Source: Microthyrium microscopicum
Taxonomy: Eukaryota
Length of the DNA: 64,000 nt
Assembly (NCBI GenBank): GCA_010405405.1
Contig: MU004236.1
Coordinates: 1,742,070 to 1,806,069, forward strand
Direction of reading: 5' to 3'
Shown here one piece after another: positions 36,879-47,634 of the stretch. The notes below the pieces were generated by a model that saw only the letters and a program-made list of their open reading frames with translations, was not told where the DNA came from and searched no databases. The first letter of the stretch is position 1; the number at the start of each line of letters is the position of its first letter. A program made the position numbers and the translations under genes.

Positions 36879-39803
36879 CCCTTACTACGTAGTAGACATT
36901 ATGGCGCTTCGCCACCTGTAAGGGTTCTACCACCGTAATACTAAAGCGGTTACTACACATACAATTCTTGTAGGGAATGTCTAGTGGGCTATTTACTAAA
37001 GGGGCGTTTAATTTGGAAGATATCTTGAGATCTAGATATAATAAAATAGTGAGATTTCTGGTATTAAGATGTTACTACTACCTAATCCTTCTATTAGTGT
37101 CTACGTAATTATTAGAGCCTTCTATTACTATATAATAAGTTAGCTAATTCTTATCTAAATAAGATATAAATTATATGCTTATAATGCTTATAGAAAGGAC
37201 GAAAACATCCTATATAAAGTAGGTAGTAATTAAGACATTTTGTATAATAAAACTATGTTTTTATAACGTGTCCTTATAAATAGTTTTGATACTTCTTTTA
37301 TTAACAAAAGAAGTAGTATTTATAACTACTCTATAATATAACTGCTATAGTATGATTACCTACAGCAAGTTAAGATCCTAAAAGTTTAGTGTCTATAGTT
37401 ACTCTTTTATAGAATCTATTATTTTGAATCTACTTAATCTTTTTAGTCTGATTTGAATTGATAAAGTCTATAGTGAATTTAGGTCCTTCTTCATTAAGCA
37501 TACTTTGCATATATAAATTCCAAGCTAATAATACGCAGTATTGCCTTAGATTTAAAGGATATTATAAAAAATACTTTTTAGGAAGTCGTGCGAGTAGAGG
37601 CTATAGCTTAGCTTTAATCGCTTAAGCTAGCATATTGCTATTAGTAGTAGTTACGTTAACTTCAAAAAATAATAAAGGTATCCAGTTTTTGTTACCTAAA
37701 CAAATATGCATTAGTATAGAATTTTAAGAGCTTTTAAATAGTACTATTTTTAAGAAAATTGGACTAAAGATAAGAAAGCTAAAAACTCTAGCGGCGTTCT
37801 TACTAATTTAATGTGCTATATAATATAAGCGCTGCTAGTCTGCTAGATTAACCCCATTTATATAAGAATTATATTTAATTATAACCACAGGTTGTTCTAG
37901 TGTTTTATAAGACTTAGAGCCTTAAAGACGATTAATTTCTTGCTTCTTATAGCCTATAGTCTTATTAAGAATTGCAGGCTTCGTTCTAATAGCTTTTTTA
38001 GTTGTACTAATACTATAATAAGTTGTTAAGAAGCGTATAAGAATATAATCTCGCTAGAGGAGAGAGAAGATATCTTAAACTACCTTTTTATCTGTTGTCC
38101 CCCATGGCTACTTATTCGACTTCTTCTCTATTAAAGCGTATTATTTAGGGTATTCTTTTTGATTAGTATAGGTAGTTTCTACAGTAGCTATATCGTAAAA
38201 ACGAAGCGCTGAGAATAGGCGTATAGAACTAAAGAAGTTATTATAAAAAATAATGAAGTTCTTTACGTCGTTAGGTAGAGATAGATATAGCTAAATAATG
38301 GCCCGCGCTATAGGCGTTAATTTAGTAAAGAATACGGGATAACCTTCTAGTAGACTTTATGAAAGCTTGTAGGTAGGAATATCAACGTTTTCGCTAGTAT
38401 GTTATGGTATGCCGCTACGGGTCGTATATAATAGGTCGTAAATATAGCTATGATTATATAAAGCAAGTATTTTATACCCCTTTGAGATTAGTTTACCCTT
38501 AATATATACTATATCTTTGGATCTGCCTATAAATTTTACTATTATCTTATTAATCGCGACGTGGCTTAATGGTATAATATACTCTTTAAAACGACGAAGT
38601 AGAGTAGAGGATAAGGGCTTAATTTTGGCAAAAATAGGTTCTGTAGGACGAGCTGAAGCTGCTAAAGACGCTTTAGTAGTTAATAATGAAGTTATAAAGG
38701 CCTTTATAGGAATTGGGCTAAGATGTAGATATTTCTTAATCCTCTAGAACCTAGCAGCGGGTATAAATGCTTAAATTAAGTAATAGGGATTAATACTATC
38801 TTAGGTCTATAGGTTCTTGATCTTTAAGATAGAATAGGCCCTTAGATAGATATAGATTCTAAAGAATATCTTAATGTTACTAATACTGATTAGATTAGGA
38901 ATAGCTTTAAAGGGAGGAATATCGTCCTTTAGGCGTATATAATCTATAGTGTTTTGAAAGATTTCTATAAAGTCTTTATGTTTAAAAAATAGGCTAAAGA
39001 ACAGTAGTAGTATATTAAATCTACTTATTAGATCGTTAACGCTAATAGGGCGAGTTTTATGGACCTATAGAGCAATATCTATGGTTCTAAAGCTAATTTT
39101 AATAGGAATTCTTTATAGAGTTCTCGTAAAAGGATTAAAGAAGTCTCTTAGTAATTGTAGCTATATTTTGGTATATTCTAGTACTAGCATTAGGTTGAAC
39201 TTATATTTATCGTATCTAAAAACTATTGGTTTACCCTCTATCTCTTGAACATTGAGGGCTTCGCGCTTACTAGGTAAGGGCTAACGGTTAGATAGAGATG
39301 TTAGAATAGGCCTATTGTCTTTAGAAGGCTAATTATCTTGTTGTTGCTTTATTGCTTCTAAAAAGGTATTCATTGAATTAGGCAGATTGCAAGCTTTAAA
39401 TTTAATATCGTAATATATAGATTCCTTATTAATCTATTACTAGAGTAACTTAGGATTAAATTCTATATTTGATATCTTGAGGGTAGTTGTATGAAGTGGT
39501 AAGAAGAAGAGGAATAGGTAAGGGTGAAGAGATTATAAAAAACTTAGAAATTTCATTACTAAAGGACTATAGTAGTAATTTAATACTAAATCTTTTGGAA
39601 ATTCTATGACGTATATAGCTTAAAAGCGCGCTTCTAATAAGCACAATTTTGTTAAGGGCAATGAATTAGGGGTTAAGAACAAGTAGTTGATTAGCGCAAA
39701 AATAAGCTTCGCTATTCTCTCACGACTCTATAATATTAGGCTAGATTGGGTAAGGCGCCCGTGCGCTAATGCAGTGTCTACTTGGGATTCTACGTAGTAA
39801 GGG
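36879..39803 (-). mobile_element. piggyBac-like DNA transposon, inactivated by RIP
   Basis: Perfect TIRs CCCTTACTACGTAG (36879-36892) / CTACGTAGTAAGGG (39790-39803); AT-rich, TpA-rich interior; minus-strand relic reads FFSLFF, IKIFFRIYIYL, RF*RIKKYLHLS, PLSHVAINKIIVKFIGRSKD..IKGKLISKGYKILAL (AAT AAG ATA ATA reverts to DEMM) and FYNNFFSS (DNFF), matching piggyBac DDD transposase motifs. Confidence 0.85.
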
Positions 39804-42278
39804 ATAGAGCTACGCGGTCCTGCATGAGGTCTGGCCAGTGGTAGAGGTCAGAGCTCGTGAGCTCCACTATTAGGCTGTGAGCCCTCTTTGGAGTTGCTTG
39901 ATGCTAAGAAGCTGCTGTACAGTCCACTATTGATATACTTCTTTACAACGTAATTTTTTTGCTAATGTGCTATCGTCTTTGATTAGAGTTTAGACTACAA
40001 TACAGCATACACTTGTCATAACATCCATTTCTGCTATAAAAGACGAAGCAAAATAGAGGTCATGAATGTGGCCAACTCCAAACAGGTTAAACCAATGTTT
40101 TAGCGCCCTAAGCTAGCCCACATATAGATTCGTTTCCCCCCTTCTGACAGCCTTGCACGGCCCTTGAGCCCCCTTTCCATAGTCTAAGAGTCTCCATGAT
40201 CTCCATCGGGGTATCTTGATGTCGACTGAGCATCCCTCTCCAGTGTCCATCCACCCGGTTACGTTGCGCTTAACAAACACCGATATACCTCGAGCACTGC
40301 CTGCTAGGCTACCCCAAACCTAGTGCATCTGCTCAACTCCACATGTAAGCATACCACCAATCCCTGTATCCAGAAGGTAGTGTTTCCCGCGCCGTGCTAT
40401 AACAGCACAGTACTACTACTAACAGTTGAAAATTTACGCCCGAGTTATGGCGTACAATGACTAGTTTCGATTCTGCAGGACGCCGAAATCGAACTTGCAC
40501 ACATGAGGAATGTCGCTCAATCGATGAAAGATGACCGTATTGATCCCTCTTCCGATAAATCTGCAGTCGGATATTGACTCTAGACTTGTAAGGTTGGTAG
40601 CCGAAACCTCGCTTTTTTTCATACGCTTGCTCCCGCGTTCTTGGGTTGCACATAAACGCGCGTTGGACCAAAACTGGCAATTCTACGACTGGTTTATCGT
40701 TCATGTGGCTCGAATGGAGTTAGTAGACTTTACAAAAGCGGTCAAACTCACACATCGGTCTGCATATTGTCGGAAGCAAGGGAGAGCATTCAATAAGCTG
40801 AATTTCGTTCTTCATGGATAGTTCGACATGTTACACAGATGTCGGAGAGGCCGGTGAACCTAATCCAACAAGAGTAGCATTTCTCGGAAACTGAACAAGT
40901 CAAAGAAAACAGAACAAATTAGGTGGGAGAAGTGTCACACCCGCTCTACCAGTACTCCTCTTCATCATCTCAGACATTTTCCAGATAATTCAATCTTGGA
41001 CACGTTGTATAGATAGAACGCACAGAGCGTATAAAGGTTTTGTGATATTGAATTCGTGTGTAGCATGAATTTGCTCATCCTAGTCATATCTGCCAAAACC
41101 CATAATCATATGCAACCCACATAATTCTTTCCAGCATCAGATCGTCTGCTCTAGCAAAAAGCCATCTACCTTTCTCCGCACGCCATCTTGCGGATAATCC
41201 GATCTGTTTGCATCAAGAACCAGCCATCTATTGCTCTGTGCGCCTGCTCTCGCTGCCTTTCAGCCTCGTTGGCGTGCTCCCACACTTCCTATCAACTACG
41301 ATCACCCGCGAACACAATTTCCCCGCACAGTTGACATATACGCAGTCTGGCTTACTGCATTACAGACTGGCTGTAAAGTTCGAAAATCAATCATCCCATG
41401 TGAAAAAGTGAATCAATCGAGTACAGTAAGCCAGTCATTGTACGCTATATGCCAACCAGCCTTCTCGAACAAGACTAGCACATCCACCCAGAATTGTACC
41501 GCATCCTGTGCCCTGAAGACAAGATACATCATTGTCACCGTGCCACGTGTGTAAGCGGCAGGGTTAAAGAAGTTGTTGTGCGTTGCTTAATGGACTCTAA
41601 CGTCGCGACATATCCCCTTGCCTGCGGAGGTACCCGTGCGCCATCCCGCGCTTCGTGCCGCGCAGTCCTCGTCAAGTCATGGAGTATAATTCTCTCGCCG
41701 ACTTGAATGAATTGATTACGCCGACGATTCTCTATGGAGTGACGACTTGCTTATTGGCAGGTGAGTTGTGTGTGTGTTGCGCTAGTTGGACCAGCGGTCT
41801 TAATACATGTGATATAGGGATCTCAAACACGCGAATGTTTGAAATTGTTTTCTAGATCGTGGCGATTAGACCAATAAGACGACTTCAGAGGTGAACAAAA
41901 AGTAGCTCAAGTGGTCTAGGCGGAAGCACCATCCGAACAGCCCGCTATGAATCTCCTCTCGAAAGTGGCAGGAAGAAATTCTCCGCTGAGCTATAGATTC
42001 CTTGATGTTTGACGCTATCACTATAGCAGGCAGTACTAAGCTCATCTGACATATCAACGGCAACGCCACATCAAACAGATCACGCAATGTACTGACCAAC
42101 GAACAGCAGCCAAAGTCCCTCTTTGTACTCCACAAGTCCACAAGCAACAGATCATCAGCAACCCCTCCCCCATCCAGGCTCCTAAGTGGTACATCGAGGA
42201 AACATGCCCATGAACTCCTGCAGACTTCTGCGCATCCTAACCTCCTCACCATAGCGAAAAGAGGGAGAAGTTTTTTCT

Positions 42279-43811
42279 TTACGAGGCAACGGTGAACCGC
42301 ACTGATCCACTCTCAGCTCTGCAGAGCGTGCTACCATCCCCTTCTCCCCTTTCCGCCTCAACGTAGCCTCCAATGAACTTCCTATCTTGCTTGATGATAT
42401 GGACATCTGGGCCACCTACTGCCACACGGCCTACTGCTGAAACGGCTTCTACTACTCCTTCCCATGTCTTAGGATATGTGACGTCCACTTCGCCTGCATT
42501 CGATGTATGTCGGCTGTCCAGCCGTGCCAGTGGCATCTCAGGTTCGTTGAGCGGCGTTAGCAAGTTAATCATCTGACGACCCGCGTGCGAAACCGTCGCC
42601 ATGTCAGAGGGGTAGCGGTCCGCAGCGAATGGCAAGATGTTCGCGCGGATATTGCCCACGGCTGTTTGAAGGCTCGTCAGTGAGCCATGCAAAACGGATC
42701 CGGAAATGTGGCCTAGACGGCTGCTGATGTTCACTTGGTAGTCGCGCTCGGGGAACGAGTGCATGCCGGCGGGTGGCTGGTACTCTACATGGACACCACC
42801 CGCTTCAGTGGCGATGGTGAGTTTGGCGGATCGAGCGACCTCGCCGAGTTTTGTTTCGCGGGGCACAATGTCGGCGGCGACTGTGCCGGCGGCAGCCTGG
42901 ATGGATAGCTCATTGTGTAGAGGGAATGTACCTTTGACTGAGCCAGCAGCAACGTGGATGTAGGTGTTTGTTGCTTCAAACATTGGATCTGCGTGCATCG
43001 AACCAGCGAGCAATGTAAAATTAGCAGTGGTGGCTGTCAAGCTAACTGGTTCAGGTATCGTGATTCCAAAGATCCAAGACTCGACTGTCAGTTCATCGAG
43101 TTTCAATTCGGGTCGAACATAAATCGTCGTTTGACTTTCGATACATTGCTCTCCATATGGCCCGTTCCTATCTGTGTCTGGATCAGGATAGCGAATGGTC
43201 AAGGTGCTGTCAGTTGCGTCAAGCACCAACCGCTTTAGGAGGCTAGGATTTGTGACGTTGAAAGTAAACCGAACGACGATATCATCGGTCTGATCTTTGT
43301 CCGCGGCAAGGATATGGACGTTGGAGTTTTGGAAATGTTCATGACCGTGCTCGTGGTGTTTCGCAGGTCGGATTTGGTTCCTGATCGTGAATGTTTTCAA
43401 GTCGTGGAAAGACCAAGTTCTGGTCAAGTTGGTAAAATGTCCGCATCGGTCCTTACTGGATTCTTGAGCAGTGATATCTGATTTCAAGTCTGCCTTGCTC
43501 AAACCAAAAACGTTAAAGTTCGAGAATAACACTATGAGCATAACAATCGAAACCATGCGGAATAAGACCACGCAAGGGTTTCTTTTTTTCTGGCGATATT
43601 TGTAGCTGCCATCGTTAAAAACATTTTCCGAATTCTCATCCGTTTTTTCATAATCTACAGTCTTGAATGACCGAAGGAACTGACTTGTCCAGCTTGGACG
43701 AAGCACTTCATATTTGCTATTCTGAATTGCAGGATCATCACTTGATGGTACGAACTGCACCGGATATTGTGGCAAAGGCTCTTTTTGGTCGTCGGAAACA
43801 GAAGTCTGCAT
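42279..43811 (-). CDS. Type II membrane protein with putative adhesin (DUF4097-like) beta-rich domain
   Basis: Single TM near aa 80-100 followed by repeated xxGSV/xxGTV/xxGHI beta-strand motifs and YPKTWEGVV near the C-terminus. Confidence 0.7.
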   Translation of the reverse strand: MQTSVSDDQKEPLPQYPVQFVPSSDDPAIQNSKYEVLRPSWTSQFLRSFKTVDYEKTDENSENVFNDGSYKYRQKKRNPCVVLFRMVSIVMLIVLFSNFNVFGLSKADLKSDITAQESSKDRCGHFTNLTRTWSFHDLKTFTIRNQIRPAKHHEHGHEHFQNSNVHILAADKDQTDDIVVRFTFNVTNPSLLKRLVLDATDSTLTIRYPDPDTDRNGPYGEQCIESQTTIYVRPELKLDELTVESWIFGITIPEPVSLTATTANFTLLAGSMHADPMFEATNTYIHVAAGSVKGTFPLHNELSIQAAAGTVAADIVPRETKLGEVARSAKLTIATEAGGVHVEYQPPAGMHSFPERDYQVNISSRLGHISGSVLHGSLTSLQTAVGNIRANILPFAADRYPSDMATVSHAGRQMINLLTPLNEPEMPLARLDSRHTSNAGEVDVTYPKTWEGVVEAVSAVGRVAVGGPDVHIIKQDRKFIGGYVEAERGEGDGSTLCRAESGSVRFTVAS

Positions 43812-44900
43812 GTCCCGATGGCTATTAGGGCCCGATGAGGCTCGTGGGTGAGGCTCTGTGTTGCAAAATTGCCCAAATTAGCTAAACCCTCAAAAAATGA
43901 AGAAACGGGGCCAGATTCTCGGCATGCTGAGTGAACAGATTTGTTTCCACCACCAAGATGTGTCAGATTGCCCTCGGCTGGCGTTCAGCCCGATGAACAA
44001 CGTTTATAATTGCCTCAGAGGATCAATAAGGATTCTAATAAATACCTTGGATTGGTTTGGTGGTATCCAAGTGTACGGAAACAAACTCTGAAAGGTGTTC
44101 GTTCGGATTCTGTGGTGACATGGTGGAGCTGAACAAGGCTGATTTGGCAGGTCGGAGTTTCCCCGAACCTTTTGACCGCTGGATCGGAGGACGTGATTTT
44201 AAAACTTGTCGAAGGAAACTTCAAGTTTGACAAGCTCAATATAGTTGATATTATATTCAATAGTTGGGTTCATGAGGTATGATTGATTCGATGTTGGAGG
44301 AGAGCTGTTGGCTGGGATAATTGAAGGATTGAGGGGTGCGTCTAGGCAGCTGCCAAAGATGAATTGGAATTGGGGCTCAGTAAACAGGGATAGTTTCTGG
44401 TAGTACAATTTAATAGCTGGTTGATGTTTATGGGGTAGGGGGATGAAGTTGATTGTAGAGCTCGCTAGGCTGTTGCCTTGGGACGCCAGTCCAGACTCCA
44501 GAGAAGATGTAGTGGTTTGAATGTAATGTTGTGGGATGATGATGCCTGAACTTGATCCTTCAAAGGATTTGAAGGATCAGAATCTTTTCTCTCAGACATG
44601 TGCCAATTGCAATATAAGTTATTTTTTGATTACCGGGGAGCTCTGGTACACACTAAGAAATATGGATCTCGATGAGCGGACATCACGTCAGTGTCATATC
44701 ATGACTTTTGTTTCTCCGCTCTGATTCAGTAATTTGAAGGGACCACTGACGCTTGTGCGTCAGAAAAGAAAGCTCCTGGCGAGAGCTGTTAGTTGAGGCA
44801 GATCCTCCTATCAACATATTCACACATCGGAAGCCGCTCGTCGTGATCAAGAGCAAGAAGTGAGAGCCACGCAATCCAGAGTTCTTCGTGCATGACAACC

Positions 44901-45518
44901 TCAGTTTTGTCTAGGCTTTACAATGCCATCATGAGCAACGTAATATACAACAGTGCTATCATCCGACAGAATAGCAGCAAGTAAATGCTTGGTGCTTCTC
45001 CATTTGTTCTGTAGTGGTTGGCCAGGTTCGTAACCATCAGGCCCAGGCGGCTCAGAGGGGATCGCATCGAAAATGGTTGCCAAACGACGAAGCGACCATT
45101 CTTCTTGTAGATGCATGGGTAGCACCCATTCAAGCTCTGGTGAGAGCTCGATAGGCTCGTTGGGTATTCTATCCCCAGAAGTCTGAGCTCTCTGTACTTT
45201 TCGCTGTGATTCTTGCTTTAGTAGCTCTATTTGCTCGTCCGGATGAACATAGACTCGACGAGGTGGAAGTCCAGACACTATTGGGCGAGCTAGTGGCTGA
45301 CCGGTCAGGGGAGAGATGGTATGGATTTTTAGTTGCGTCCATCGATGTTCGAATTCTAGGTTGTGTTGAATCTGAAGAGCGAGTTGGTGGTAGGAGTCAT
45401 CCGGTCTCGTGGCCAGTAGCTGCATCAGTTGAGATGGCGCCGACGGAGTAGCAACAGATGTGGTCCGCATCTTGCCCGTGACGGGATTTTGAGGAGAGAG
45501 AAAATCTGTAGTCAGCAT
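44901..45518 (-). CDS. SEN15: tRNA-splicing endonuclease subunit Sen15
   Basis: HNLEFEHRWT, SGLPPRRVYVHPDEQ, EWVLP, DDSTVVYY..HDGIVKPRQN C-terminus characteristic of Pezizomycotina Sen15. Confidence 0.85.
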   Translation of the reverse strand: MLTTDFLSPQNPVTGKMRTTSVATPSAPSQLMQLLATRPDDSYHQLALQIQHNLEFEHRWTQLKIHTISPLTGQPLARPIVSGLPPRRVYVHPDEQIELLKQESQRKVQRAQTSGDRIPNEPIELSPELEWVLPMHLQEEWSLRRLATIFDAIPSEPPGPDGYEPGQPLQNKWRSTKHLLAAILSDDSTVVYYVAHDGIVKPRQN

Positions 45519-45644
45519 TGATATTGAGATGTGGTGAGAATGAAAGAAAGTTGTCTTGGGTGGCTAAGCCCAAAGAGGAAAATGCGATGCTTCAAGAGGC
45601 CCAAGCGTCTTCAGAAGTTGAGATGCAACTTCCTTTGACTTTCC

Positions 45645-45744
45645 TACGGAAGCGCATTGCGGCCTACCCTTCCACATCAGCAAAACCAAAATCTGATTTT
45701 GGATGTTGCTGATGTGGAAGGGTAGGCCACAATGCGCTTCCGTA
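45645..45744. repeat. Near-perfect 100-bp palindrome flanked by TA (MITE-like / hairpin)
   Basis: Left arm TACGGAAGCGCATTGCGGCCTACCCTTCCACATCAGCAAAACCAAAATC; right arm reverse-complements it with one substitution plus a small mismatch/indel near the centre; 1-nt loop. Confidence 0.9.
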
Positions 45745-46215
45745 CTTTCCCACTCTTACCAACTACATCAACATCTCTCTCAAGAGTCAAGACGAAGAAC
45801 AGCCATTGTTTTGGACCTGGTTTTGAAATGTCGATTCCCAATTTTATCCCATCGTCGAAAGCTAGCAGGGAATTATAACAGGTAGGAATCTAAGCTTCGA
45901 GACCATACAAGAGAGCAATGTCTTATAAAGTTAGTAAAGAATATTGAGATCAGGAGACTTAAGAAGTCATAAATCATATAATTTTACTATTGCAACCGCG
46001 AAATGCGACGGGTACAATCTTAACCGATGAATATTACGACCAATACCGTAATCCACACAGTGCAATGACATGAGCGTCTTGCAAATGCTAAGCTTGAGAA
46101 GTGGTCTCAAATTCCTTCCAGATAATAAGACTCTTTGCTGAGTCGAGATCTTCCGCAACTACTTCACACAATTGGCAAAGTAAGAAAGCAATACCATAAT
46201 TCTTCCAAAGGTTCT

Positions 46216-46896
46216 CTACTTCGCACTCTCAACCTTCTTAACAACATCATCAAACGTCGCCATCCCCCGTTTCGTAATCTCCATAACAATAGGCTACACG
46301 CACAATTAGCTTCCCATCGAACCACTGTGCAATCAAAAACTTACCATCCCATCAGCATAAGTTCTCCACCTACGCAACTTCAACCCCTTATGACCAGTAG
46401 CATCCTTCACATACTCAAACCAAAACGCCCCCGTACCTTTGAAATCCCACTCTCGACCTTCCAGATCCTTAACCTTCTCCGCGCCGTCCAGTGGGACCGG
46501 GAATTTCGCATACATATGAGCCGGCTACCGCATTAGCACCGAAATTCCTCTTGACTTGCTTGTCCAAGAGCCGGGAATATACCTGCCCACTCAGCATCCA
46601 ACCACCCTCAACCTCCCAAATGATAAACTGAATCGGCTCATGATAATGCCCCGTGAAGGGGGCATACATCCCCTTCACCACATCCCAGGCCTTGTCCCCG
46701 GTGACCGTATCACCAGCTGGCGTCACAAACGTGAAGTCATCCTCGTACCATTTCGGATCAAGCGATGTCTTGGATTTGGCATCGCCAAAGTCAAAGGCCC
46801 GCTCTTGAACGAAAACCCAGTCGAAGACAGGGCGGGTTCTGTGCTTAGTTTCCCAGCCGTGGGTTTCGTGCCAAAATAGGCGGAGACGTTTGTCAT
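46216..46896 (-). pseudogene. Small conserved-looking fungal protein gene (3 exons) with an apparent 1-nt frameshift near the 5' end
   Basis: ATG at 46896 in CAACAACAATG context; coding-like frame (HETHGWE...YAPFTGHYHEP...EGREWDFKGTGAFWFEY...) begins only after a shift at the T-run 46873-46876; two canonical introns; stop at 46216. Confidence 0.6.
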
Positions 46897-47634
46897 TGTT
46901 GTTGAGATGGTATGGATTGGATGGGGAGGAGTTGGAATGGGAGTGGCGATGGTGATGACTGGGTGCAGAGTGTGGATTGAAGAGTGTACTGACTTATGTA
47001 GAGCGATGGTACCATGAGTCTACGATGGGCGGTCGGTAGTAAACCAGTTTCAAGGAAGCCATGCAGTCGAGCTGTGGTATCACCGCTTCGAGGCATACAT
47101 ATCGGTTGCCATGACAGTACTCATGACTTTGCTAGAGTCAATCAAGCGAGGAATGATGCCAAGAGCACAGTCGAGAGGTATTGGAATTTGCAGCCAAGGA
47201 CTTCGGGCGCACAGGCGTGCTCTTAGCACCGAGAAACCTGGGGTTGGACATGAAGCTACAGACTACAGTGGTCTTCTAAGCAAAATTTTCGTGATAGGTG
47301 GGAGCTCCAAGCTACGAATAAAGCTTGGAACGTGGTAGCGAGGAAGCTTGGTGAGGCTGAAGAACCATGTTGACGAGCTGAGAACATGGCTGATCAGCTG
47401 CAATTCCTAGGAAATCTAGAGCGGGAGCTACAGTAAGTCGACTAGACATGTAAGGGTCAACAACAACTAATCGTGAGAGGACAGCTTTGGAAATGTATAG
47501 AGCAACCATGATCAGGGAGATCTCTTTTCAGACATAAAGGATACATTAATACCTACAAGTGCTGCATGTATACTTTTCATACACTAATGATATTAATAGA
47601 CAATTCTTGGTCGATTCCTCAGACCGTTCCCATT

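Noticed and set aside
38517..38747. Plus-strand 76-aa ORF in the AT-rich block
   Set aside because: Chance antisense frame within the RIP-degraded transposase.
39810..42270. Several 60-130 aa ORFs in the long spacer after the transposon
   Set aside because: No family motifs, consistent splice structure or coding bias evident.
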